64,000 bases of DNA, taken from contig NC_088855.1 of NCBI RefSeq assembly GCF_963853765.1, forward strand, positions 2,418,001 to 2,482,000, read 5' to 3'. Source of the stretch: Magallana gigas. Lineage: Eukaryota. The number at the start of each line of letters is the position of its first letter. Within the stretch, counting starts at the first letter, position 1. A model generated the notes under the pieces. It was given only the letters and a program-made list of their open reading frames with translations, did no database searches and was not told the DNA's origin. Position numbers and translations under genes: made by a program. This document shows positions 11,069 through 22,920 of this stretch, in pieces.

Positions 11069-14000
11069 ATGATAAACACTTAACAAAATGAAATACAGTT
11101 ATTGAATGGTAGTGGCATTAAATAGATACAAAGCATTAAGTTTACGCAACAATTTTTAACATTATTCCAGTCCGAATTTCCTCCATCAGTTTTCAAATTC
11201 CTACCCTTTTTGATCCAGTTTTACAAAAATTGAAAGATGATAATACCAAAACATTTAAAGCATTTAAAACTGCTTGGTCCGATTTTTTTGTAATTAAAGT
11301 ATCAAATTTTTTTTCATACAAATCATTTATCCTAGAAAGTTATGGACTTTCTCCTATTTACACCAGCAGAATCAGTTTCCTTTCAAAGTTAGAAATATTC
11401 AAAGTAAAAAAAATAATTTCTCTTTGGGCAAACGAAAAAACAAACCAAAATGCATCACGGGAATGTTTAGAAAATGAAACCGCTTGGTTTCGTCCCCCGA
11501 ATGATTGGGGTTATTCAACCCGCATGCTATGCATCCATTGTAAAGAAAGCAGACTTTGGAAATATATGCGAACAAAAGGTACACATGTTTATTTGTAATT
11601 TGTCTGATCATTTCGACCTTTATTTAAAGCGATGTCAAATTCGTAATACAACCATACCTGTCTCGGCGTCAGGGGTTATATTTAACATGAGGCGAAATAA
11701 CGCGGTACCTTTTAACGTCGTTTGTTTTGTTAGCAAATTTTGTACGTATTTTTCTTCATTGAAATTTGGCATAATTGACGGGTATAACTACTGCAATGTC
11801 TATTATTATACATATACTAAGCATAGCCATCGTTTAAAAGCGTGCATAAAATTTGATATAAAATCGGACCAAGCAGCTTTAACTACTTATATTGCCTTAT
11901 TCTGTTGGCATAAAATTTATATGAATTCAGTGATCAAATGTTTGAGATCTTGTGTCTCTCTAACAACAATAAATATAATGGTTCTCTTTAAGGGATATAT
12001 AATTTTCCTAAGATACTCTGCCTGAGTATTTTGATTAATTCGATTGTAAAAAGATTTTTTCCTCTACTTTTCCTGAGTTTTAATGATTTGCTTCTATTAA
12101 AATGATTTATCAGAGACTTTACCAGGTATTCTAAAGACTGAGTATACTATCACCGCAGACTTTCCGGTACTGGGTTCCTATTAATATTGGGAACCACGTG
12201 CCTCAATCTTATGCAGATTTACTACGGCCTGATTCCCAAATCAATTCCCCAGATACCAATACTGCTGGTGAAACTATTTCTAATTCCCACGCTAGCCTCC
12301 ACTTTCCTGACTATTGCCTTCCTAATATTTTTCTTCTTCTGCTCAGGCTTCTCCAATGTGTCGCCTTCGAGCTTCTCAACCAGACTGCCTCAGCTGCAGG
12401 CTGCGCTCACTTATATACCCTTGGAACAGTTCATTTTAAGGGGCATCAGGTCATACCATTTTTATGGGTACGTTCAATTCGTTTTGTAACGTGCTCGAGA
12501 TAGAATCGGATAGCCCGATTCACCCCTGCAAATGTGTTCGGAATGTTTTCTTTATCGTTACTAAGTATATAATAAATCCAGAGGTGCTCGAATGAAAGTT
12601 CACGAGACTTCACCGGGATTTGTTCAGTTCCTGTGAAATTTCGAGCGAAAGTATAAGTGTTCGGATAATATTCTCAAAATACGTAAGTACTGGTCGATTT
12701 TCATATCATATCCTACTTTGATTTATGTTAAAACATGAACATCTTTTAAGATGTATGTCTTATTTCACCATCTAGCGGTTTTTTTTATATTAAACGATGA
12801 TAATCAGAACAGAGTTATCGTTCGTGTTCAACCACGTGTAGAGGGATTGATAATATAAACATTTGGTTGCTTAATAAAATCATAGCCATGTTTGATGCTT
12901 GTGGTGTGCAATACTATGTTTTTAAAAAAAATAATGGGTGAATGTTTTGCATTAAAACTTAGTATATCGAGCCATTTTCAAAGAACATTCTGCATAAAAT
13001 AGTACAGTCTGTTTCACTATTGATGTTATTACTAGGTCAGGCGCGGATCGAAAATTAATTCATGATGGGGATGTCTACTACGCATGTTAATTGTCGCAAC
13101 AGCAGAAAAAAAGCTATTTTTTGTATCGTCACATTTATTTCTAGGACACATTTTATCCACCAATTAAGGAAGATAAAGTTTAAAATCAATAAACCTCTAG
13201 AATTTGTATTTGACGACAAGTACCTAGATTATCTAAAATAGACTATAAACACGAGGCACGATTTTTACTGCGAAACTGAAAGGGTAAAATAAAACCACGT
13301 GATTTAAAATTTAAATGACAATAACATTCGCAGGGGTGTGATTGCTGCCAATATTTACAAGTGCAGACTTTAATCACCGCTCCTGCACATATAGGGACTC
13401 GACTAACGTTACGCAACCAGGAATGACCACACACCCACAAACTCAACAGGTACCAACGATAAAGCTGACATGAATTCATAAAAGCGTTTGGTCGCCATAT
13501 TGGTTTTGATCGCTCCTCTACTGCCACTGGGGTATATATACCGGTCGAGAAAGTTACGGTCGGTTGCTTTCCGATCGAGGCATTCAAGTTACACGGACTT
13601 CTAAATGCATGAACAACATATTGTAGTAAAATCTTTGTAGTAAAGAATAAAAGAAACAATAATCAATAAAATACAAAATATATTTATTCTTTGAAAGAAT
13701 TTCCAAGGTATCCGTACTATTTTGCACAAAAAGTGCTGCCTTTCTTCACATGCACATCGAACACGTGTGTCGTTCATACAAAGTGCATAACGTCTGCATC
13801 TTTTTGAAAACGCCGGCGGCATTCCATTCAACACATTAGATGAATGATAGTAAATCTAAGAAAGTAACAACGTTAACATCGTTACCATCGGTTTCTACAA
13901 AAAAAAATCCATGCGATCATTGACAATGCTCGATCTGCCACAGTGTGTGATTGCGCATGTGCAATGTTATAACATACACAGGAAAACGGTCTACTACAAT

Positions 14001-14304
14001 TATCGAGGATTTTTGAAGTATCTGTGTCTGGATTTTAATTTGTCTTGTTTCGTCGTTCATTGGATATTCCTTGCCAGTGCAGTGGTTGTTTTTAATTTTT
14101 GTTCAAAACGCGTTTCTACACGTCTTTTCGTCCAAGGTAACGTGTTCGGAGGAATGAAATACCTGAATGCGGTGAAGCATGAATACTGTTTTCGGACTTA
14201 TATAGGGGGTGTGTAGCGATGAGCAGAACAATCGAAATCGACCATTAATATGGCGGTAGTCGGAGATAAAAGGGAAATAATTGGTATTATTGAATTCATG
14301 TCAG

Positions 14305-14475
14305 CTTTAACGCAAGCAGGGATGACTGCACACGTGCGCCAACAATGCAACCTAACGCAAGCAGGGAGTGCCGCCCACTTGCGCTATGAAGGCCAGAACA
14401 CCAACAGGGATGATCTCACATTAGCGCTCCGCGGCAACCACCTCCAATACAAGCAGGGATGACCGCCCACTTGTC
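14305..14475 (+). repeat. Degenerate 46-48-bp tandem repeat, 4 units
   Basis: caagcaggga(tgac/gtgc)cgcccactt-like motif at about 14309, 14355, 14401 and 14449. Confidence 0.6.
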
Positions 14476-15330
14476 ATACTGCGACACAGAGGGGGAACGA
14501 CCGCACTTTCTTTATCGAAGGTTAACCTGTTCAAGTCTAACCCCAATCAGTCGTGCAACGGGTTGCGTTTGGCAATGTTGCTATATATGTGCCGGCCAAA
14601 AATAATTTGAAGTATCTTAAAACAGGAAATCAAAAATAACAGACTAATCCGAATTTATCTAAAACTATTTATGCATAACACCTTATTTACATATACTATT
14701 TATTATTGTATAAAAATAATTTGCAAACTCATTGGTCATTATTGGGAACATTGATTAAATTGTCAAAAATCAATAAATAAAAGGGGAATAACTTTAACCA
14801 AAAATACAGTAATAAGCTGCCCGCTTCAGTTTCACTTTTATCGTTTTTAAGCATTTTTCAATATGTTTGCAATTCGTGGCAAACGATTAATTTAATGAAT
14901 AAGTGAGCTAAAACCAACAGAAAATATGCAAAGTTATTTAGACTTAGATATAAAATCTTAACGTTTAATGTTAGAGTTCTGCTAAAAATGCTTTAGCGGA
15001 AAAGAAAATCTGCAAAATTTAGTCCAAATTTCCTCTGTTTGGCAAAATTTCTATTTTTGTTTGAGCTTAATTATATTATAAAGTAAAATACCGAATGTTA
15101 TGTCAAGAATGATTCATTTCATAAATACTTTTTGTGTTTCGAACAAATATTTTTCATGACATATGTGACTTTTTAACAATCCGAATATGAGAACTCAAAC
15201 CCTGAGTAAACAACACCCTTAAACAAATTTAAAACTTCTGTATACATAATGCACAATATGCACCAAATCTCGTCATCTGTAAAACAATGTCATTGCTTAT
15301 AGTGTTTTATATATTAGATATTATAATTTA

Positions 15331-15629
15331 GATATTTACCTTTAAAAACTATATCCCATAGGGGAATAATAAATCCCATAGGTAAAATTTTCCAACAGGA
15401 TCTATCGACAATCGTATAGTTCATGTAGTAGAAAAGTATTTCCTGGAGGAATTTGATTCAAGGTAATTGAAATTTCCCATCGGAAATTTTAAAGTCCTAT
15501 GGAAGTTTGGTTCAAATCATAACGAAATTTAAATGCCCATAGGAAGTTCTTTTATTCCGGTTAGAATGCTAAATATCCTATAGTAATTTATATTTATAGG
15601 TAAATTATATATAATTATCCGGCACAGTG
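15331..15629. mobile_element. Partial (right-end) copy of the CACTG-terminal element found at 47899-48488
   Basis: Shares gatatttaccttt.aaaaa and the terminus taattatccgg.acagtg, plus ataggaa-type internal repeats. Confidence 0.6.
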
Positions 15630-16340
15630 TTCAATTTTTAAAACATTCTACTGTAAAGGTAACGAAAAGGGACTTAAACATATTTTATCAGGTTAAACAT
15701 ACTGTTCCCTTTCATAATATTTTTAATTTATGTAAATGACTTGAAATATACGTAAAACTTTCATATGAATACTTTATGGGGCGACTCACACCTAATTTAC
15801 TTATGATTCCCTTTTATGAAAGCAATCATACGATCTTCAAATGATACAAATATGTTGAGGTTGCCTGTGTTAAAAACTGCTGGTAACAACTGTCAATTTC
15901 TGTACAAAATTTATTATGACTCTAACAGTTTCACATGCAGTCACTTTATATATTTATGAATAAACAATCAATAAACATTATTGAATTTCACGTAAACGTT
16001 TTCGTAGAAAACAAGCATACATACGTACTTGACATTGGAATAACAATAGGTATGCATAAGACCTCCTGCTAAGCTAGAATAAAATTAATGTGATCTTGTA
16101 TTTTATTCTAAAGTAATAACATCTTTACCTGTATAACTCAATATAAAACATCCAGTTCATGCAAAAATAATCGCAGCCAGACCTCACCCCGTCTCTTTCC
16201 CCGACACTGGTTCAAAACACGCCGTTCTAGACTTTCACATCACACGACACTTGACTTTATTGTGATATTTCGCGGTGTGATCACAATTGTTTTTGATTTT
16301 CTACACTTTTAAACAACATAAAGCGTGGATGACTAAATTT

Positions 16341-19300
16341 TACGGAAGCCCATATAGGACCTATCAAAAAATATTTTTGAATTTGATATAACGAATTCTT
16401 GAATTTGTTAAAACGAATTTAAATCGTTATAACGAATTGTTGAATCCGTTATAACGAATTAAATTTGTTATAACAAATTTTAGGAATACGTTATAACGAA
16501 TTTAATCTGTTATAACAAATTCGCTGAATTCGTTATTTCAAATTTTAAAATCTGTTTTAACAAATTAAATTAGAAATATCGAATTCAAGAATTCGTTATT
16601 TCAAAGTTTTAATTCGTAATTTCGTTTTTTTTAAATCGGTTAAAACATATTTTCATCCAATTTGTGGTAACAAATTTCATGTTTTGGGGAACAAATTAGA
16701 CGGGGCGGACTTCCTTTGTCCCATATCGGCGAACGACGAAATGCGCCGATCAATTGATCGGCGTTAAACGGCGAAATGGTAAATGAAGTAAACTGGCCTA
16801 AAAACAAAAGTGGAGAAACATATTGTCACAGCTGTTGCTGTAACCATGGTAACAGATGTAACAATTCCAAAAGACACCTTGTTTTATCAGCTTTGCTAGA
16901 ATTCCTACATAGATAGAAACAAAATATTTAAGAATTGTTATATATTGAGCAATGCAAATTCACCAAAAATACAATATATACAGATTTGTTTTGACGGGTT
17001 TCTGTGCAAAATTCCAAAAATTTGTTTAATTAATGCTATCATCAGTGAGCATGCTGATTTATTAACATATATCTGCATTTTTCATCTCATTACATCACCA
17101 AACCGTGAGATTACGCCATACTTAAAAAAATACCGGTCTGCAATTGATTTAAGAATAAGGAATCATTCTTTGAGTATTACTAGTTTCAGGTGATTTTGGC
17201 CGGGACATGTTCAAATCAAATAAAGCTCAAAGGGATTTATGATAGATTTGACCACGCTCTGACCGAAATTATCAACTCATAGTATTCAAAGAATGATTTC
17301 TTTTTACTCTAATACTTATATTATTTCCAATTTCTACACTTTAAAATAACATTTTAAAACCACTGTTTTTTAATGAATAACACATGCTATGTATTATTAC
17401 GCAGCGCAGCCAATACTGTTTTTCGGTTTTGCTGTAGGACACGCCCATTTTGTGTCGCTCGTTTTTTATGAAATTATTGGGCTGGGTTATCACAGTAAAG
17501 GACACTTAAAAATATAAATATAATATTTTATATGATGTAGCCAGGCATTATAACCAGGATGTGCGCATGCGTGAACCAACTTTCCATCAGAACGATGTAT
17601 CTAGAATAGGTTATTCTTTTATATAGTACAACCAGGCACTATTACCAGAATGTGTGCATGCGTGTATCGACGTTGGGAGGAAATTCGAAAGCTGTTTTGG
17701 GGAACTTCGAACTGATATTTGCGCAATTTAAAAACGTATAGGAAAATTCATCCGATTTTTACATTATAAATGTTAATTAAAAGAGATAGGAAAGTTGTGT
17801 ACATTAGATTCACACCTAAATGATGAATAAATATTTGTATTTGAGAGAACAATAAAGATCAATGTTACAATAAACAATAGGCACTATAAGCATCGGAGTG
17901 GGGGGGGGGGGGGGGATGTGGAGTGGAACAGGGGCAGGGAGACGAGACTACCCCCTTCAGCACACATTTTCTAGCAGCAAACATTTTTCTTAAATTTACA
18001 TATAAAAGATGAATTCCCCTCCTCCCCCCCCCCCCCCCCCGCCCCCCAATGTTTTTGGGACCAGGTAAAAACTGAAATAAAAGGGAGGAAATAAACTGTA
18101 GAATTGAAGTTAAAGGTACGCCTTACCCCATACCCCCACGGATTAGGATTTTTAAATGTTTTAATAGCATAGTGTATGTATCACTAGGGTCAGTGTTCGT
18201 ATCACCAGGATGGCCATAACCTGGGTCAGTATTACGATTATCAGGATGTCTACATGTATATCTCTTACCAGGGTCAGTGTACGTATCACCAGGGTCTGTG
18301 TGCCCATCATCTGGGTCTCCAAACAAATAACCTGGGTCAGTGTACGTATCATTAGGGTCAGTGTATGTATCACTAGGGTCAGTGTTCGTATCACCAGGGT
18401 CTGTATACCCATAACCTGGGTCAGTATTACGATTTACAGGATGTTTATATTTATTACCGAGGTCAGTGTACGTATCATCAGGGTCTGTGTGCTCATCACC
18501 AAGTCATTAGACCCATCGTCAGGGTCTTAATGCATATCACCAAGGTCAGTATACATATCACCAGGGTCTGGGTGCTCAATACCAGGGTCTCAAAACTTAT
18601 ATTGTTATAGGTATTGAGACCCAGGTGATGGGTATACTGGATCTGGTTACGCGTATACATGTACACACACTTGTAATTGGGTACAATAACCTTGGATATA
18701 TGTAAACTTACGCTGGTGATGGGTATAGTATACTGATTCTGGATATGGGTATATAGACGCTTGTGATGTGCACTCTGGCCCTATTAATAATAATAGTGTA
18801 CAGACCCTGGTGATAGGCATATAGACCCTAATTAAACGTACACTGACCCTGGTGATAGGCATTGAGACCCTGGTGATGGTTACGTGGCTTTAAGTAAACA
18901 GACCCTGGTGATGAGCACAAAGACACATTGACCCTCGGGATAAGTATTGAGACCCTAGTGTCCTTGTGATGGTTATACTGAATCTGGTTATGCGTATACA
19001 GACCCTGGTGATATGTACACCGACTCTGGTAGTACTTACTGACCCTGGTAATATTTACTCTGACCCTGGTGATGGGTATACAGAACCTGGTGATGGACAC
19101 ACAGACCTTGGTGAGGAGTTATGGATAGAGCTACATTGGGTCGGTGTTCTGACTACCCCTATCACTCCTAATAACCCCTAAAAAAAGAAAAACAAAATAA
19201 ATTATTCCTCTCCTCCTAACCTTAATTTTTTTTTTTATATTGAATCTAAGCGTTTATAGAACCTGGTATATTGTATGAGATACAGTAATATTGGTTTATA

Positions 19301-21087
19301 TATAAACCCAATTTTTTTTACTGGTATATGTAAGGAAACTGTGATATTTTGTTCAGGCATGTGGCATCGTAAACAAGTTAAAAAAGGGGGGGGGGGGTGG
19401 GAGAATCGCCAAACAATTCTTGACATGCAAAAAAAAAGTTCTTTCAAAAATCGTACACCGTGGGAGTAGCTATAGAAATGCTAAGTTAACATCAAACTAA
19501 AATTTCACTGTTTATTTCCTCCCAGTCACTTTCAATTGTTTACATGCTCTGAAAATGCTAGGAAAGGGGGGGCAACTGCATGGGGACAGGCCTCTCCCTG
19601 TCACCCCCACCCACCCACCCGTTTGAAGCTACGTGTCTATTGTTTTCCTGAAGCATTGCCTTTATTGTCCTCGCAAATATTTATTTAACTTTTTATAGTG
19701 TTAACCAAAGGTACATAACATTCCTATCACTTTTAATGACTATAAGATATAAAAGTTGTTTTTTTTGTTTTTGTTTGTGGGTTTTTTTTGCACCTATCAT
19801 CAGTTCGAAGTTTCTCCAAGAAGCTATCGAATTTCCTCCAAAACGTTTACTAATCCCGATGGAAAGTTGGTTCACGCATGCGCACATCCTGGTTATAATG
19901 CCTGGCTATGTCATATAAAATATCATATTTATATTTTTCAAGTGTCCTTTACTGCGATAACATTGCAATTCAATTTGGAAACCTATGGCCTAATTATTTC
20001 ACCAAAAAAAATGAGCGACACAAAATGGGCGTGTCCTACAGCATAACCGAAAAACGGTATTTGCTGCAATAATACATAACATGTGCTATGCATGAAAAAA
20101 AAACCAGTGGCTTTGAAATGTTGTTTTGAAATGTAGAATTTAAAAATAATATTAATATATAAGCAAAAAGGCATCATTCTTTGAATATTATGAGGTGATG
20201 ATATTGGTCGGAGCGTGCATATCAAATCTATTATAAAGCCCTTCAAGCTTTATTGGATTCGAACACGCACCGACCAAAATAAATAGGAACAATGAACATA
20301 AATATGCCCATGCATGCGTTTAAAGATATCCTATCCATCGATAAAAGGCGATTCGAAAAGCAAATTTTAAAATCGTATAAAAAGAAATCATGACGTCACT
20401 GAAGCCTCGTTATCGCTTTGAAGAGGCGTAACTCCATTATTTTTGCATCAATTTCGATGTAGTTTTTGCATTAAATTCTGGTAAATACAATGTAAATTCT
20501 ATGACATAAATTCGACATTGGCTGAGCTGCAGGTACCCTTATAAAAATCAACATGCTCAATGATTAATAGCATTGACTAAACAATTTTTGGTTATTTTGC
20601 GCAGAAACCCGTTGAAACAAAACTGTATATCCTGCATATTATTTTTGGTAAAAATGCGTTGCTACATATATAGCAGTTCTAAATATTTCGTTTCATCTAT
20701 GTAGAAAATCTAGCAAAGCCGATAAAGTAAGGCGTCTTTTGGAATTGTTTCATCTGTTTTCACAAATTGGATGAAAATATGTTATAACCGATTTAAAAAA
20801 AACCGAAATTACGAATTAAAACTTTGAAATAACGAATTCAAGAATTCGTTATTTCAAATTTAATCTGTTAAAACAGATTTTAAAGTTTGAAATAACGAAT
20901 TCAGCGAATTTGTTATAACAGATTAAATTCGTTATAATGAATTCCTAAAATTTGTTATAACAAATTTAATTCGTTATAACGGATTCAACAATTCGTTATC
21001 ACGATTTAAATTCGTTTTAACGAATTCAAGAATTCGTTATATCAAATTCAAAAATATTTTTTGATAGGTCCTAAATGGGCTTCCGTA
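16341..21087. mobile_element. 4.75-kb non-autonomous foldback DNA transposon, IS3EU-like termini (TAC..GTA, 6-bp TSD)
   Basis: Ends tacggaagccca / tgggcttccgta, flanked by aaattt at 16335-16340 and 21088-21093. About 340-bp outer TIRs built of ataacgaatt subrepeats; inverted homology continues inward to the centre; no transposase ORF. IS3EU assignment rests on recalled superfamily signatures (TAY..RTA ends, 6-bp TSD). Confidence 0.8.
18165..19115. repeat. About 21-bp minisatellite in two opposite-orientation blocks
   Basis: tcaccagggtcagtgtacgta-type units at 18165-18590; gaccctggtga-type (reverse complement) units at 18615-19115. Confidence 0.9.
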
Positions 21088-21117
21088 AAATTTAGACTGT
21101 ATAAGATTTTGATCAAA

Positions 21118-22920
21118 TCAGTAAACCGCCGACTGCTTTATTTGGTATGGTTTAAAATGATTTTCAACTGACTTGTCTTGTTTTTTATTCTGAGTTTGGA
21201 ACGACTGGCGTTTTAGCCTTACTTTATTTTTGTCGTTGAAATCACTGAATGTGGAGGCTATGATTGCAATAGGCATAGCAATGATCAAAACACCGGACAG
21301 GGCGCACACCGTACCCACGATCCTCCCAAGCAACGTCTTGGGATACTCGTCGCCATAACCAACGGTCGTCATGGTGATGACCGACCACCAGATTCCCGTG
21401 AACACACTGGGGAAAGTGGTCGGTTCTTTGTACTCCGCGTAGTAAACGAACCCCGCGAAAAAAGTGGAGAAAAACATGAAGGCCATCATCAACAATCCAA
21501 TCTCCCACTTACTGTTCCCCATCGCCAAGAAGAGCATGTTCAGACCATTGTGTTGCCGGATAAGACGGAGCAAGCGGAAAGGACGGAACACAGAGCACAG
21601 CTTGAATGTTATGTACACGGTTCCTGCAATCTTTCCGGCACTCCATATCTCGACGAATTCCATCACGGTGGTGGTCCACATGGAAAAGACAAGGAAGGCG
21701 TCCAGGACATTGAGAGGGGACCGGAAGAATTGCTTTTTGACAGGACATGTTGCAAAATGAAGAATCAGATCTGTCGTGAAGAAAGCAAGACATGTCACCT
21801 GGAGGTGATACAACGAGGGCTTAACAACTGTGGTCACGAAGACGATCTCTTTGGGGTTATCCATATTGACATCGTCGAAAAGGTCGGTGAAGTTCATCAA
21901 TCCCAGAATTTCGTCCTTGGTTTGGACCTGTTCCCTGAAGAGGGGGTGGGTCTCCATGCAGAACAGCGCTACAGACAGGACGGTCACCAGCATAAAGAAG
22001 ATGCTGTAGATCTGGAATGGAGCATGCGCGTTATTGTTCCATAAATTTATGTAATACAAATAATGTTGACCTTCTTTTAAGAATTCTAACCATTTTATAT
22101 AAAATAGGTACCATGTGGTACATTAGAAAATTAATAGACAAGGCTGAAACGACGCTGTGCTGACTATTCTATTCTTAATGTAGCCCATTTATTTTATCTT
22201 ACTACAAAATATACTTCTCGTGACATCACGTGCATTTACAATAATGAAAATGTAAAACATATCACTTTTATACAAAAGAAGAAGTCATTTTAATTCAAAA
22301 TTTGCAATTCGTATATGAATATTTGTAATCTTAGTCTATTTAAAAGTAAATATATACAATATTAAATGAATAAATTAAAATTAAATAAATCAATGCTACT
22401 AGTATATGTACCACGTCCTTCCAAATTGTGTGCTATTTCTCTAAACGTTAACCAAGTATATACTTACAAAGGCTGGCTTGGAGGAGTTCGGACGATCAAA
22501 GAAAAGCCAGGTCTGCCTGAGGAGCTGTTTTGCTTTGTTTTCACTCACTTCCTTAGAGTTGTAGTCAATTTCCACGTCGTCTAGACGCCGTTTCAGCTCC
22601 ATGTGCTTTTTGACGCTCTCTTCGTACTCAGTGATGATCTTCAGACAGCATTCAGCAATGTGGCTCTGGTGGATGTCCCAGTACTCCAACTCTTTGAGGG
22701 TCGCGGCAGCACACACGTTTTGTGGGAGGTGTAGTTCGCCGAGTCTGTAAAAGTCCAGGATGTTGGAGAAGATGGTGTGGTTCCTGTCTATAATGACGGG
22801 ATCCTCGCCGTACGTTTCCTGTGCCATCTTCCCTAGCCGGGTTGACGGGTAAGTCAGTAAGTTTTGACGCTTCGTCTTAAAGGTCATTCCACCAACGTCA
22901 AAGGTCATGAACTCCATCAT
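21118..22920 (-). CDS. Voltage-gated potassium channel subunit, divergent Shaw/Kv3-like (T1 domain plus six transmembrane segments)
   Basis: Exon 22920-22468 (T1: FDVGGMTFKT, YPSTRLG, DRNHTIFSNILDFYRLGELHLPQNVC, ELEYW) joins phase 0 to exon 22011-21118 (S1-S6, pore WWSVITMTTVGYGDEYPKT). An upstream in-frame extension cannot be excluded. Confidence 0.9.

Noticed and set aside
11230-14462. ORFs of 100-183 aa in the intergenic region
   Set aside because: No recognisable motifs, low-information composition, overlapping frames on both strands and no coherent splice structure.
13268-14835. ISRE-like motifs (gaaactgaaa at about 13272, cagtttcacttt at about 14827)
   Set aside because: Short motifs expected by chance in AT-rich DNA, with no nearby gene to link them to.
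18123-19181. ORFs with TDPGD / ITRVSV repeats
   Set aside because: Products of the 21-bp minisatellite, open on both strands; not evidence of a gene or transposase.
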